From Malacoraja senta (taxonomy: Eukaryota): a DNA stretch of 64,000 nucleotides. Every line of letters starts with the position of its first letter. Within the stretch, counting starts at the first letter, position 1. Where the stretch lies: the NCBI GenBank assembly GCA_038087875.1, contig CM075991.1, positions 7,194,001 to 7,258,000 of the forward strand, given 5' to 3'. This document shows, in pieces, positions 37,173 to 47,891 of the stretch. The notes beneath the pieces were generated by a model. That model was not told the origin of the DNA, did no database searches, and saw only the letters and a program-made list of their open reading frames with translations. The position numbers and the translations under genes were made by a program.

Positions 37173-38690
37173 CAGTGCCCTCCATTATGTTTGAGACATA
37201 GACCCATCATTTATTTATGTGCCTCAGTACTCCACAATTTGAGATTTGTAATAGAAAAAGAATCACATGTGGTTAAAGTACACATTGTCAGATTTTAATA
37301 AAGGCTATTTTTATACATTTTGGTTTCACCATGTAGAAATTACAGCAGTGTTTATACATAGTTCCGCCATTTCAGGGCACCATAATGTTTGGGACACAGC
37401 AATGTCATGTAAATGAAAGTAGTCATGTTTAGTATTTTGTTGCATATCCTTTGCATGCAATGACGGCTTGAAGTCTGCGATTCATGGACACCACCAGTTG
37501 CTGGGCGTCTTCTCTGGTGATGCACTGCCATTGCAGCCATCTTTAGCTTATGCTTGTTTTCGGGGCTAGTCCCCTTCAGTTTTCACTTCAGCATTTAAAA
37601 GGCATGCTCAATTGACTGGGTCACTCAAAAATTGACCATTTTTAGCTTTGAAAAACTCCTTTGTTGCTTTAGCAGTATGTTTGGGATCATTGTCTTGCTG
37701 TAGAATGAACTACAGGCCAATGAGTTTTGAGGCATTTGTTTGAACTTGAGCAGATAGGATGTGTCTATACACTTCAGAATTCATTATTCTACTACCATCA
37801 GCAATTGTATCATCAATGAAGATGAGGGAGCCAGTACCTTCAGCAGCCATACATGCCCAGGCCATAACACCCCCACTACTGCGTTTCACAGACGAGGTGG
37901 TATGCTTTGGATCTTGGGCAGTTCCTTCTCTCCTCCATACTTTGCTCTTGCCATCACTCTGATATAAGTTAATCTTCTTCTCTGTCCACAAGACCTTTTT
38001 TCCAGAACTGTTGTTGCTCTTTTAAGTACTCTTGGCAAACTGTAACCCGGCCATCCTATTTTTGCAGCTAACCAGTGGTTTGCATCTTGCAGTGTAGACT
38101 CTGTATTTCTGTTCATGAAGCCTTCTGCGGACAGTGGTCATTGACAAATCCACACCCGAAGAGTGTTTCTGATCTGTCGGACAGGTGTTTGGGGATTTTT
38201 CTTTATTATAGAGAAAATTCTTCTGTCATCCGCTGTGGAGGTCTTCCTTGGCCTGCCAGTCCCTTTGCGATTAGTAAGCTCACCAGTACTCTCTTTCTTC
38301 TTAATGATGTTCCAAACAGTCGATTTTGGTAAGCCTATGGTTTGGCTGATGTCTCTAGCAGTTGTATTCTTGTTTCTCAGTCTCATAATGGCTTCTTTGA
38401 CTTTCATTGGCACAACTTTGGTCCTCATGTTGATAAACAGCAATAAAACTTTCCAATGGTGATGGAAAGACTGGAGGAAAGACTAGGTGCTGAGATCTCT
38501 CTTATACCTGCATTAAGGATGTAATTACACACTCCTGAACAATTACAAACGCCTGTGAAGCCATGTGTCCCAAACATTATGGTGCCCTGAAATGGGGGAG
38601 TGGGGGTGGGATGGCCTTTAATAAAATCTGACAATGTGCACTTGAACCACATGTGATTTTTTTTCTATTACAAATCTCAAATTGTCGAGC
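37173..38690 (-). mobile_element. Tc1-family DNA transposon of IR/DR type, decayed, right terminus missing
   Basis: TA|CAGTG terminus; ~225-bp TIR with internal direct repeats (ccattatgtttgagaca, ccataatgtttgggaca) mirrored at ~38565-38690. Confidence 0.9.
37429..38428 (-). pseudogene. Tc1 transposase, frameshifted and internally deleted
   Basis: HTH with GRPRKT, VWRREG, GGVMAWAC, QQDNDPKH, C-terminal AVIACKGYATKY*. Confidence 0.9.
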
Positions 38691-39184
38691 AGAAAGATAA
38701 AAAGATAAATTTAAAAAAATCTGTGTTTGCTACCTCACTGTCACTTGAAATTTCTTACGTAAAGGAGGAGGCACAGAAACAGCACAAGGATTTATTAAGC
38801 ATTCTTTTACTCCTGTTGCGGTAGCACTAATTGTAAGGTTGTTTGTCACTTAGCAACATTACTTTTCTTGCAATCTTAAGCACTGATTATTGATGCAGGC
38901 AGCAAAACCAGTTGATGAGGTTTTTCGGAGCAATATTAAACTCTGTCTGCTAATCCCAGTGATCTGTCTTCATCGTGACCGCACTTGACCACAGCAACAT
39001 GGGCCACGCAGGGCAAGATCAAGCCCACTGCCCATGTGCAGTCACTGACCTTTCTTCGGGTGTGGATGGGTGAACAACTTAGCCCTCCACCCAATGGAGG
39101 TACCTCACAAGATGAAGCAGTATACCTCATCCATACTGAGGCCCAGCCCTGAGAAAGCCCTGATGCCCTCTGATAACTCACCTT

Positions 39185-39525
39185 TAAAAGGCCTGGATAG
39201 AGTGGATTTGAAGAGAATATTTCCAGTAGTGGGCAAGTCCAGGACCAGAGGGCACAGCCTCAGAATCAAAGAACATACCTTTAGAATGTTGAAGAGGAAT
39301 TTTCTTTAGGCAGAGGGTGGTGAATCTGTGGAATCCATTACCACAACTAGCTGTGGAAGCCAAGTTATTGGACATGGTTCGGGTCTTGATTTATAAGGGC
39401 GTCGAAGGTTATTTGAAGAAGGCTGAAGAAAGAGATTGAGAGGAAAAATAGATCAGCCATGATCGAATGGCACAGCGAGCTTGATGGGCTGAATGGCCTA
39501 AATCTGCACTTATGTCTTCTAGGCT
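39185..39525 (+). mobile_element. CR1 3' fragment
   Basis: KGLDRVD..SRTRGHSLRIK followed by CR1 tail. Confidence 0.8.
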
Positions 39526-40080
39526 TGATTAAAGCTTTGTAACCCTTTTAAATGTTGTTGATGTTTTAGATAATTGAAATACAATTAGCTAATTAAAAGA
39601 ATAATAATAATTAAAACATCAAATATTAAAATGATATTTTAATAAACATTAAAAACACATTTAAATGTTTAGCATGGACTCAGTGAGTCAAAGGGCCCAT
39701 TTCTATGCTCTGTCTGTAAACTGAACTATTTAGAAATTATTTGAACTGTAAAATAACATAAAATAGGAGTACCTTCGCCAGAAGGACTGCAGCTGTTCAA
39801 GAAAGTGGTTCACCGCCACTGTCTAAAGGGCATTTATGGAAGGCCTGGGAATATTGTTTTTATTCTCGAATGGCTCCAGACCCGGTACTTGCAGCATTCT
39901 GCCCTTGGTTATAAATCGGGTGCATGGACTGAATGATCAGACTCCCTCTGATTATTGCATATAAGCAGCCTGAAGCATCTTGCCCTTCCCCTCATGAACT
40001 CATCAGAGATACCCTGTGATCCTTAAGTTCCAGGAATGGAAACAGTCAAAACCTTGGCATCACTGGGAGCTGTCTTATTG

Positions 40081-40345
40081 AGGAGCACAGTGGCGCAGCG
40101 GTAGAGTTTCTGCCTTACATTGCTTGCCGTTCCAGAGACCCGGGTTCGATGCCGACTCCCTATGACCTGCGTGGGTTTTCTCCGAGATCTTCGGTTTCCT
40201 CCCACACTCCAAAGACGTACAGGTTTGTAGGTTAATTGGCTTGGTATATGTGTAAATTTGTCCTGAGTGTGTAGTGTTCATGTGCGGGGATTGCTGGTGG
40301 GCCGAACGGGCCTGTTTCTGTGCTGTATCTCTAAAACTAAAACGA
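40081..40345 (+). mobile_element. V-SINE (HE1-like)
   Basis: Head, partial core, tail. Confidence 0.8.
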
Positions 40346-40607
40346 AAACACCAACACATAGTGAATGAACACAAAAAGCTGGAGTATCTCAGCTACCAAG
40401 ACAGATGTGTACAGCAATTTGTTCTTCCCCCGCACAATTAAAGCATGGAATAATCTCCACCCTACTTTAGTTACCCAACCAGATGCAACTAAATTTAAGG
40501 TAGCTCTTTCTTCCCAAAAACCCTTTCTAGCTTAAGTCCTCCCTCCACCACCTCCAGTTTAAATTCCGCTTGGAATATTTTGGAGGACCAAGAAACCAAG
40601 AAACCAA

Positions 40608-40952
40608 GGTCAGACAGCCTCTCTGGAGAATAGGAATAGTTGACGTTTCGGGTCGAGACCCTTTTTCAGACTGAGTCAGGAGAAAGGGAAACGATGGATA
40701 TAGATGGTGATGTAGAGCGATATGGAACAAATGAATGAAAGTACTGCAAAAAAGTAACGACGATAAAGGAAACAGGCCATTGTTAGCTGTTTGCTAGGTT
40801 TGAACGAGTACAGACAATGAGACTCAACAAGACGACTTTGAATCTGGTACGACTTGGGTGGGGGCGGGATGGAGAGAGAGGGAATGCAGGGGTTACTTGA
40901 AGTTAGAGAAATCATTTTCATACCACTGGGTTGTAAGCTGCCCAAGCGAAAC
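40608..40952 (-). mobile_element. Penelope-like element: end of GIY-YIG ORF, 3'UTR and hammerhead-like core
   Basis: FRLGSLQPSGM C-terminus; core with G8>A at ~40642-40669. Confidence 0.8.
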
Positions 40953-41638
40953 CTAAACACATACTGCAGTGAATGCAATTAGTATCTTGCAATATCTACC
41001 CTTCACTCATTACCACAATGAAGCACATATTGATTTTGTTATTTAATTTGTTGTAGGCATATATCAATTGCCAAACTGTAAAATATTTTGCAGCTAATAC
41101 CTCCGTGAAGCATCAATGCCAATACATATTCTCATTAAAGGTAGTAATTTTGTGATTGTGTTAATTGAATAGCTATTAGCTTTTGTCCATGCTCCTAAAC
41201 TTTCTCCTTGGGGTGAATATTTCAAATGCAGTATAAAGCACGGCTCTGGCTCGTTAAATAGCAATTAACATAGAATGTGTAAATTTACTCATGATTTACC
41301 TCATTTCCATATCCTATTAATTTGACCCATTTACAAAAAGACTTTAAAAGTGCAATGTGAAGCATGGAAAATTGCAATGGTGAAAACAGTATTGACATTT
41401 GTCTGGAAATTCATTCGGGTAGTGCTTGTTTCTTAGTGCACTTACATGATTGATTTAAATTGCAAAGTCAGTCATTCAATGCAGTCTTCACTTCTGAGAA
41501 TGTGAAACCAAATTGTTGGCCACGGTTCATGTTCACTGCCTGTACACAAAGGGCACAGGTACACACGCTGGTGCCTGCACTCTATGTTCGGGGTAAAGGA
41601 GGCTCAGTGGGTTTACTGTCAATATATTACCAGGAGGC

Positions 41639-41767
41639 GTTAAAGAAGGAACTGCAGATGCTGGAAAATCGAAGGTACACAAAAATGCTGGAGAAACTCA
41701 GCGGGTGCAGCAGCATCTATGGAGCGAAGGAAATAGGTAACGTTTCGGGCCGAAACCCTTCTTCTTC
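41639..41767 (-). mobile_element. Short Penelope-derived insertion with 13-bp TSD
   Basis: attaccaggaggc at 41626-41638 and 41768-41780. Confidence 0.82.
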
Positions 41768-41784
41768 ATTACCAGGAGGCATTT

Positions 41785-42540
41785 AGAACACTGAACATAG
41801 AAGGACACAGCACAAGAACGGGCCCTTCGACCCACAATGTTTGCGCTGAACATAATGCCAAGTCAAACTGATCTCATGTGCCTGTACATGATCCACATCC
41901 CTCTATTGCAGGAGTCGGCAACAGGCCACATCTATCACGCGTACACATGGATCCCGCCCCTATCCCGCCCCGGATGGCAGGCATCAAATCACGTGTTCAC
42001 AGTAGGTAGACAAAAATGCTGGAGGAACTCAGCGGGTGAGGCAGCCTCACGCAATCCTTGCATGTCTCAACCGCTGATTTTCTCCAGCATTTTTGTTTAC
42101 CATAGATTTTCCCAGCTTCTGCAGTTCTTTCTTGAACGTGTTCGCAGAAGGTGCGCGGCCATGCCGGCGGCTTTGCGCAGTACAGCCAGAGCTCGGTGCT
42201 TGTTTACGCACGGCGGGCCGGATGATTTCGGGTTTCGGGCCGCATTCGGCCCAGGAGCCGTAGGTTGCCGACCCCTGCTCTATTACCTGCACTTTCACAC
42301 GCCTATCTAAAAGCCGCTTAAACGCATCTGCCACCACCACCACCCCAAGTAATGCATTCCACTTCTGCATTAAAAAGCTTGGTCCACACATCTCCATGAA
42401 ACTCTCCCCTCTCACCTTATAGCTATGCCCTCGAGTGTTGGACATTTCCATCCTGGGGAAAAAGGTTCTTCCTATCGACCCTATCTATGCCTCATAATTT
42501 TATATGCTTCTATCAAGTCTCCCCTCAACCTCTGATGTTG
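41785..42540 (-). mobile_element. CR1 3' fragment hosting a hAT MITE
   Basis: SNTRGHSYKVRG..WNAL..AFKRLLDR; CR1 tail at 41785-41900. Confidence 0.78.
41909..42277. mobile_element. Non-autonomous hAT (Charlie-like) element with nested Penelope-derived palindrome (42003-42135)
   Basis: TIRs caggagtcggcaac / gttgccgacccctg; 8-bp TSD ctctattg / ctctatta. Confidence 0.85.
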
Positions 42541-43046
42541 CATTTAATAAGGTGATTGTGGGAAATATAAGATTGACTTGCTAAAAGTAAAGAGATTAGC
42601 ATAAACGTCTTCTTTTAGTTATTTGGATATAATAATATACAGTGTGTTGGAAGGAACTGCAGATGCTGGTTAACACCGAAGAAAGACACAAAATGTTGGA
42701 GTAACTCAGTGGGACAGGCAGCATCTATGGAGAGAAGGAATGGGTGATGTTTCAGGTTGGGACAGAATCAGGGGAAAGGGAAACCAAAGGTACAGAAGGG
42801 TACAAAGAGCATGTAAGGTGTGAAAAGGACATCAAAGTAGACAATGGTCAAGGAAATGCCAACAATGAACCATTGTGCATTGTAAGTACATGACGTGTAC
42901 ATAATAATATACATTGTACGAGATCCTTCTATCGACCGGACATTCAACTGTGTTTTCACTTGTATTTAGCGTCATAGTCATATGGAGTTAAAGCAAGGAA
43001 ACAACCCCTTTAGGCTATCCAGTCCATGCCAATCATCAACCACCCA

Positions 43047-43573
43047 GTTCAGTTTAGTTTGTTTCATTGTCACGTGTACCGAGGTACAGTGAACAGCTTT
43101 TGTTGCGTGTTAACCAGTCAGCAGAAGGACAACACATGATTACAATCTATCCATTTACAGTGTATAGATACATGATAAGGGAATAACGTTTAGTGCAAAC
43201 TAAAGCCCGCAAAGTCCGATCAAGGAAAGTCCGAGGGTCACCAAAGAGGTAGATAGGAGTTCAGCACTGCTTTCTGGTTGTGGTAGGATGATTCAGTTGC
43301 CTGATAGCAGATGGGAAGAAACTGTCCCTGAATCCCTGGATATGTGCATTTTCACACTTCTCTACCTTTTGCCTGAAGGAAGAGGGGAGAAGAGGGAGTG
43401 GCCATGGTGCGACTCATCCTTGATTATGCTGCTGGCCTTGTCGAGGCAGCGTGAGGTATAACTGGAGGAGTCAATAGAAGGGAGGTTGGTTTGTGTGATG
43501 GTCTGGGCTGCGTCCACGGTTCGCTGCAGTTTCCTGCAGTCTTGGATGGAGCTGTTCCCAAACCAAGCTGTGA
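43047..43573 (-). mobile_element. Rex1/Babar 3' fragment inside an old V-SINE
   Basis: Minus translation ITAWFGNSSIQDCRKLQRTVDAAQTITQTNLPSIDS; (aaact)n-like tail. Confidence 0.8.
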
Positions 43574-43799
43574 TTTACACTAATGCCGCATTAAACTCTC
43601 CTCACATTCTCATCACCCCCCCAGATTTTACCACTGACTTACACACTCAGGCCAATTTACAGTGTCCAGTTACCAATAAACTTTGGAATGTGCCAGGGAA
43701 CCAGAATTCCCAAGGGAAATCTTTGTGGTCAATGGGATGATGTGGATACTCCACATGGAATGTAACCAGCTCCCTGGTGCCGGAAGGCAGTGGCTCGAT

Positions 43800-44662
43800 T
43801 AACTGCACCATTGTCTTCCAATCTATTGTATTGCACTGGGGACTCACAAAGTAGTCTCATCTATATATTGGAAAAACCAAACACACATCGGGTGACTGGC
43901 TTGCAGAACACTTCCATTCAGTATTCTTCGTCCAATCAGCAGAGAAGATTATCGGCTGCAACCTTCTCTCCATTGATGAACTGTACACTGCAAGGGCCAG
44001 GAAGCGAGCGGGCAAGATCATCTCTGACCCCTCTCACCCTGGCCACAAACTCTTTGAATCACTTCCCTCTGGAAGGCGACTCCAGACTGTCAAAGCTGTC
44101 ACAGCCAGACATAAAAACTGTTTTTATCCATGAGTAGTTGCTCTACTCAACAGCCAAAAATCTGTAGCCCCCTTTAATCTGGTATTTTGTTGGTTCACAT
44201 GCTTGATCAATGGTGTTTTATCATTAATGTTATATTATTATTAATGTTTAGTGTTTTCTGAGTCATTCGTAACTGTCACTGTATGTCATGTTGTTACTTG
44301 TGGGCGGAGCACCAAGGCAAATTCCTTGTATGTGAATACTTGGCCAATAAACTTATTTACTTACTCAGATCCAGTTGTCTGCCACTTTAATGCTCCACTC
44401 AACTCTCACTGGCCTGTCTTTGGCCTACTTCATTGTGCTAAAGAGATCCAATGTATGCTTGATGAACAACATCTCATTTGTTCTGGCCTTTTCCTACCTC
44501 GGGTTCCACCCCCCTCTTTCCTCCCCACTCTACTTTCAGTCTGAAGAAGGATTCTGAACCGAAACATCACCCGTTCCTTTTTCTCGAGAGATGCTACCTG
44601 ACTTGCCGAGTTACTCCAGCACTTTGTGTCCATCTTCAGCATCTGCAGTTCCTTCCTACACA
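43800..44662 (+). mobile_element. Decayed Penelope GIY-YIG region split by a Rex1 fragment (~43930-44362)
   Basis: NLLYC..tatattggaaaaacc (YIG.T), later PVVCHFN..GLLHC..EQHLI, then hammerhead-like core at 44541; insert encodes HPGHKLFESLPSGRRLQ. Confidence 0.7.
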
Positions 44663-44757
44663 GCTCATCTTCTGTCCGCGTACATTGAGCCTTCTATTTC
44701 AATGCCAGTAACTTGCTTTCTCAGTGTGTGTTAGAATCAATACTACTGCCGGTCAAA

Positions 44758-44973
44758 TGTTGCAGGAGGGAACTGCAGGTGTTGGTTTAAACCCAAGATA
44801 GACACAAAATGCTGGAGTAACTCAGCGGGACAGGCAGCATCTCTGGATAGAAATAGTGGGTGACGTTTCGGGTCGAGAGTCTGAAGAAGGGTCCCGACCC
44901 GAAACATCACCCATACCTTCTATCCAGAGATGCTGCCTGTCCCGCTGAGTTACTCCAGCATTTTGTGTCTATA
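44758..44973. mobile_element. Young palindromic Penelope-derived element with 14-bp TSD
   Basis: ~78-bp near-perfect inverted arms; core at 44881-44908; TSD tactgc(c/a)ggtcaaa at 44744-44757 and 44974-44987. Confidence 0.85.
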
Positions 44974-45074
44974 TACTGCAGGTCAAACAGGTGTAACACA
45001 GGTTTTCCTACCTCCACTTAAGACCACCTGATTGTTAAAGGGCCTTTCAGCATATCTTCCATGCCTAAACCCCT

Positions 45075-45748
45075 ATTCTAAAATTTTGGAAGAAGGCTCC
45101 AATACCAACTATAAATATGTGGATTTCAAATATTCCAATTCAATTTCCAATTCAATTTTATTTGTCTTTTGAGGGACAAATTTGTCATTTGGACCCCTTG
45201 AGGTCCAAACGAAATGTCGTTTCTGCAGCCATACAATACAAAACAAAGAAGACCCGAGACACAACACAATTTACACATACATCCATCACAACGCTGTGAT
45301 GGAAGGCAAAAATAACGTATCTCTCCACAAATATGTTTGAAACATTACACCTAGAAGAGATAAGACTCCTCCTAGCAGGTAAACCAGATCACTTCCACCT
45401 GACGTGGTCTGCATTTATAGAATTATTACAAACATAGGGTGCAAAAGTACTTTAAAAAAAAAAAAAAAAAAAAATTTGAGGTCAGGTAAGGGGGGACGAT
45501 AGTTGAAGAGTTGATATGTCCCATTTACGTAATGCTCATAAAAATATTTGTTTCTCTCTTTTTCCTCTTTTTCTCTCTCTTTCTTTCTTTCCTAGGGTCT
45601 ATTTCTTAACTCTTTTTCTTTTGTTTTTAATTTTGCTCTTATAAGGTCTTCGTCCTTTTTTTGTTGTCACATATCCTAACACGTTCACTTTTTTCCTTCA
45701 ACTTTCTTTCTTTTCTTTCAATCTTTTTCCTTTTCTAGTGTATAGAAA

Positions 45749-45790
<42 letters not shown>
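45075..45790 (+). mobile_element. 5'-truncated L1 copy (same family as 1-4466) with a nested insertion
   Basis: Matches ~3888-4350; ends in an A-run of ~40 nt. Confidence 0.92.
45134..45327 (-). mobile_element. Short retroelement inserted in L1, 7-bp TSD
   Basis: caaatat at 45127-45133 and 45328-45334; related to 13350-13560. Confidence 0.8.
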
Positions 45791-45793
<3 letters not shown>

Positions 45794-46597
45794 ATGCCCA
45801 AATCCCCGATTCTCTTCGCACACGTGCGTCCTGACCCGCTAAGTGTTTCCAGTACAACTCTGTTTTTGTTACTGGGTTTCCAGCGATTGCAGCTTTTTGA
45901 TTTTCTCGAAGTTTCCAGTGTTTCACAAGCTGCTGACAGAATAATTTTCAGAATATCGATATCTCTCGACCTGCGAGTTGAGTTGAAAGAAAAATCTTCA
46001 AACCTTTGAAAACAATCAACAACAACACTCCACAAGCAATCCCGCACATTGAATCTGGCTCCAGGAAACTTTCATCTCTGGAGATGAAACAGCCTATCCA
46101 AAAACCTATAGAGTTTAATGCTGAACTACAAAGTCAATGATTATGAACAGTAGAGCAACATGGCCTGCTGACTGACTGTTCGCGAAAGGAATCTTGTAAC
46201 TGTGAGGAAACGATTATTTTTAATTAAAATTTTGATTGTCGTGTACCTGAGTGAGCCAACAGGATATGAAAAGCTAACGATAGCAAAAGAACACTTGACC
46301 TGCATAAAGCTTCCTGCTCTGACCTTCCCAGAGTGGTGCACAACTGTGCTTCAAACCTTCACAAAGCCTCTCACTTGCTCCGAGCTTGATAGGTAGCAAA
46401 GACTTTAGGATCTGAAGATTTGGATGCCTGTGAGATAAATAATTCACCCACCCCCAAGCTAGCAGAGTGGAAAGAGCTGAAAAAGAAGTAGAATAAAAAG
46501 TAAGCACAGGGAAAGAATGGCTTAATGTATCGAGGAGGGGATCAGTATCTTTGCTGGTGTGAGGAATCAAAGCATTCAGACTTTAGATTTTAGACTT

Positions 46598-46764
46598 CTT
46601 CTTCCTCGTGACCGGCCATCTTCTATATCACGTCTTTCCGGTCGGTCAGTGACGGTTGACGGTCGGTGGTTGCAGAATTGGCTACTTCAGTCAGTCACTG
46701 TGGTACAGTTTCTGTCGTCAGCATTGCCCGGGATGCGCCACGTGGAGGCTTCTGCTTGCATCCC
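46598..46764 (-). mobile_element. Ribozyme-headed short retroposon, family B
   Basis: Inserted in a V-SINE tail, flanked by agattttagactt (46585-46597) and agatttttagactt (46765-46778); 3' tail cacgaggaagaagaag. Confidence 0.82.
46672..46764 (-). ncRNA. HDV-like self-cleaving ribozyme (genomic-HDV-like architecture)
   Basis: P1 GGGAUGC/GCAUCCC, P2 GCAGAA/UUCUGC, P3 GCC/GGC, L3 UCCACGU, P1.1 CC/GG, J1.1/4 GCAA, P4 UGCU/AGUA, J4/2 GCCAA. Confidence 0.88.
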
Positions 46765-47072
46765 AGATTTTTAGACTTTAGAGATACAGCACGGAAACAG
46801 GCCCTTCAGTTTGAGCTGACCAGTGATTACTCCTTACACTAACACTATCCTACACGTTAGGGATAATTTACAATCCACAGAAGCCAATTAACCTACAAAC
46901 CTACACGTCTTTGGAGTGCGGGAATACACCGGAGCACCCGGAAAAAACCTACGCAGATCACGGGGAGAACATACAAAATCCGTACAGACAGCACCCGCAG
47001 TCAGAAATGAACCCAAAAAGATCTCCTGCGCTGTAAGGCAAGAGCTCTACTGCTGCGCCACCATGCTGCCCG
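46765..47072 (-). mobile_element. V-SINE (HE1-like)
   Basis: Head, V-domain, tail; tail microsatellite continues to ~46577. Confidence 0.82.
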
Positions 47073-47752
47073 CTCAGCTCTTGAGTAGAAAACATTTGTG
47101 ATTTTTATCACTGAGATCATTTTCCCAGGAGGAACATTTTCCAGGAGGTGACCAATTTAATTCTCCCAAATGGACGTAGATCTGGAAATGCAAAAGGGAA
47201 TATGTTTGATTTGAAAAACAGGAAACCTGGTGAGCCTATTTTTGGCTGGAAGCTTGTTTCTTGTGGAACTCAATATCATTTGATTTCTCTGAGCACAACC
47301 TAAATAAAGCCAATACATTATGTATGCCTGTAGTTCCCAGTCACACTCCTGGAAGAAGTCAGTTATTTTGTGCTGTCAAGAGATTTTATGAACCTCCATA
47401 AAGAAAGGCGTTAGGACATGGAGAAAACATAAAACGAGAATGTTATTTACTGCCGAAGGAAATCGTTGAATCTCCACTGTATTTCTTCCAGTTTCGTGTG
47501 GAGATACAGCATGGAAACAGGCCCTTCGGCCCACCGAGCCCACTCTGACCATCAGTCGCCCTTGTTCGCACTAGTTCCCTGTTATCCCACTTTCGCAGCC
47601 ACTCCCTACCGATTAGGGATCGGTTTACAGCGGCCCAATTAACCTACAAACCCGCACGTTTTTGGAGTGTGGGAGGAAACGGGAGTATGCGGAGGAAACC
47701 CACGCAGGTCGCGGTGAGAAGGTTCAAACTCCACGCATCCGTACCCGAGGTT

Positions 47753-47806
47753 GGGGCGGGAGATTGCAACCTTCACGTGGTCCGCCCTGTTTCGACGAAT
47801 GCAATC
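47753..47806 (+). ncRNA. Minimal 54-nt HDV-like self-cleaving ribozyme
   Basis: P1 GGGGCGG/CCGCCCU (G1-U wobble), P2 GAUUGCA/UGCAAUC, P3 ACC/GGU, L3 UUCACGU, P4 reduced to U(UUCG)A, J4/2 CGAA. Confidence 0.86.
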
Positions 47807-47891
47807 AACCTGGTGTGCTCAATCAAATAAGATCAAATAGAACAAGTTGTCCGACAACTTTAGGCTGTGCACACCATCGCAAGAAAAAGAA
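47753..47891 (+). mobile_element. Ribozyme-headed short retroposon, family A, copy 2
   Basis: 11-bp TSD gtacccgaggt (47741-47751, 47892-47902); tail cgcaagaaaaagaa. Confidence 0.88.

Noticed and set aside
36997..37298. HT- and VC-repeat ORFs
   Set aside because: Microsatellite translations.
38960..39180. Minus-strand element ending ggtcacgatgaaga, like the family B tail, with a possible P3/L3
   Set aside because: No P1 or P2 pairing found; at most a decayed retroposon, too degenerate to call.
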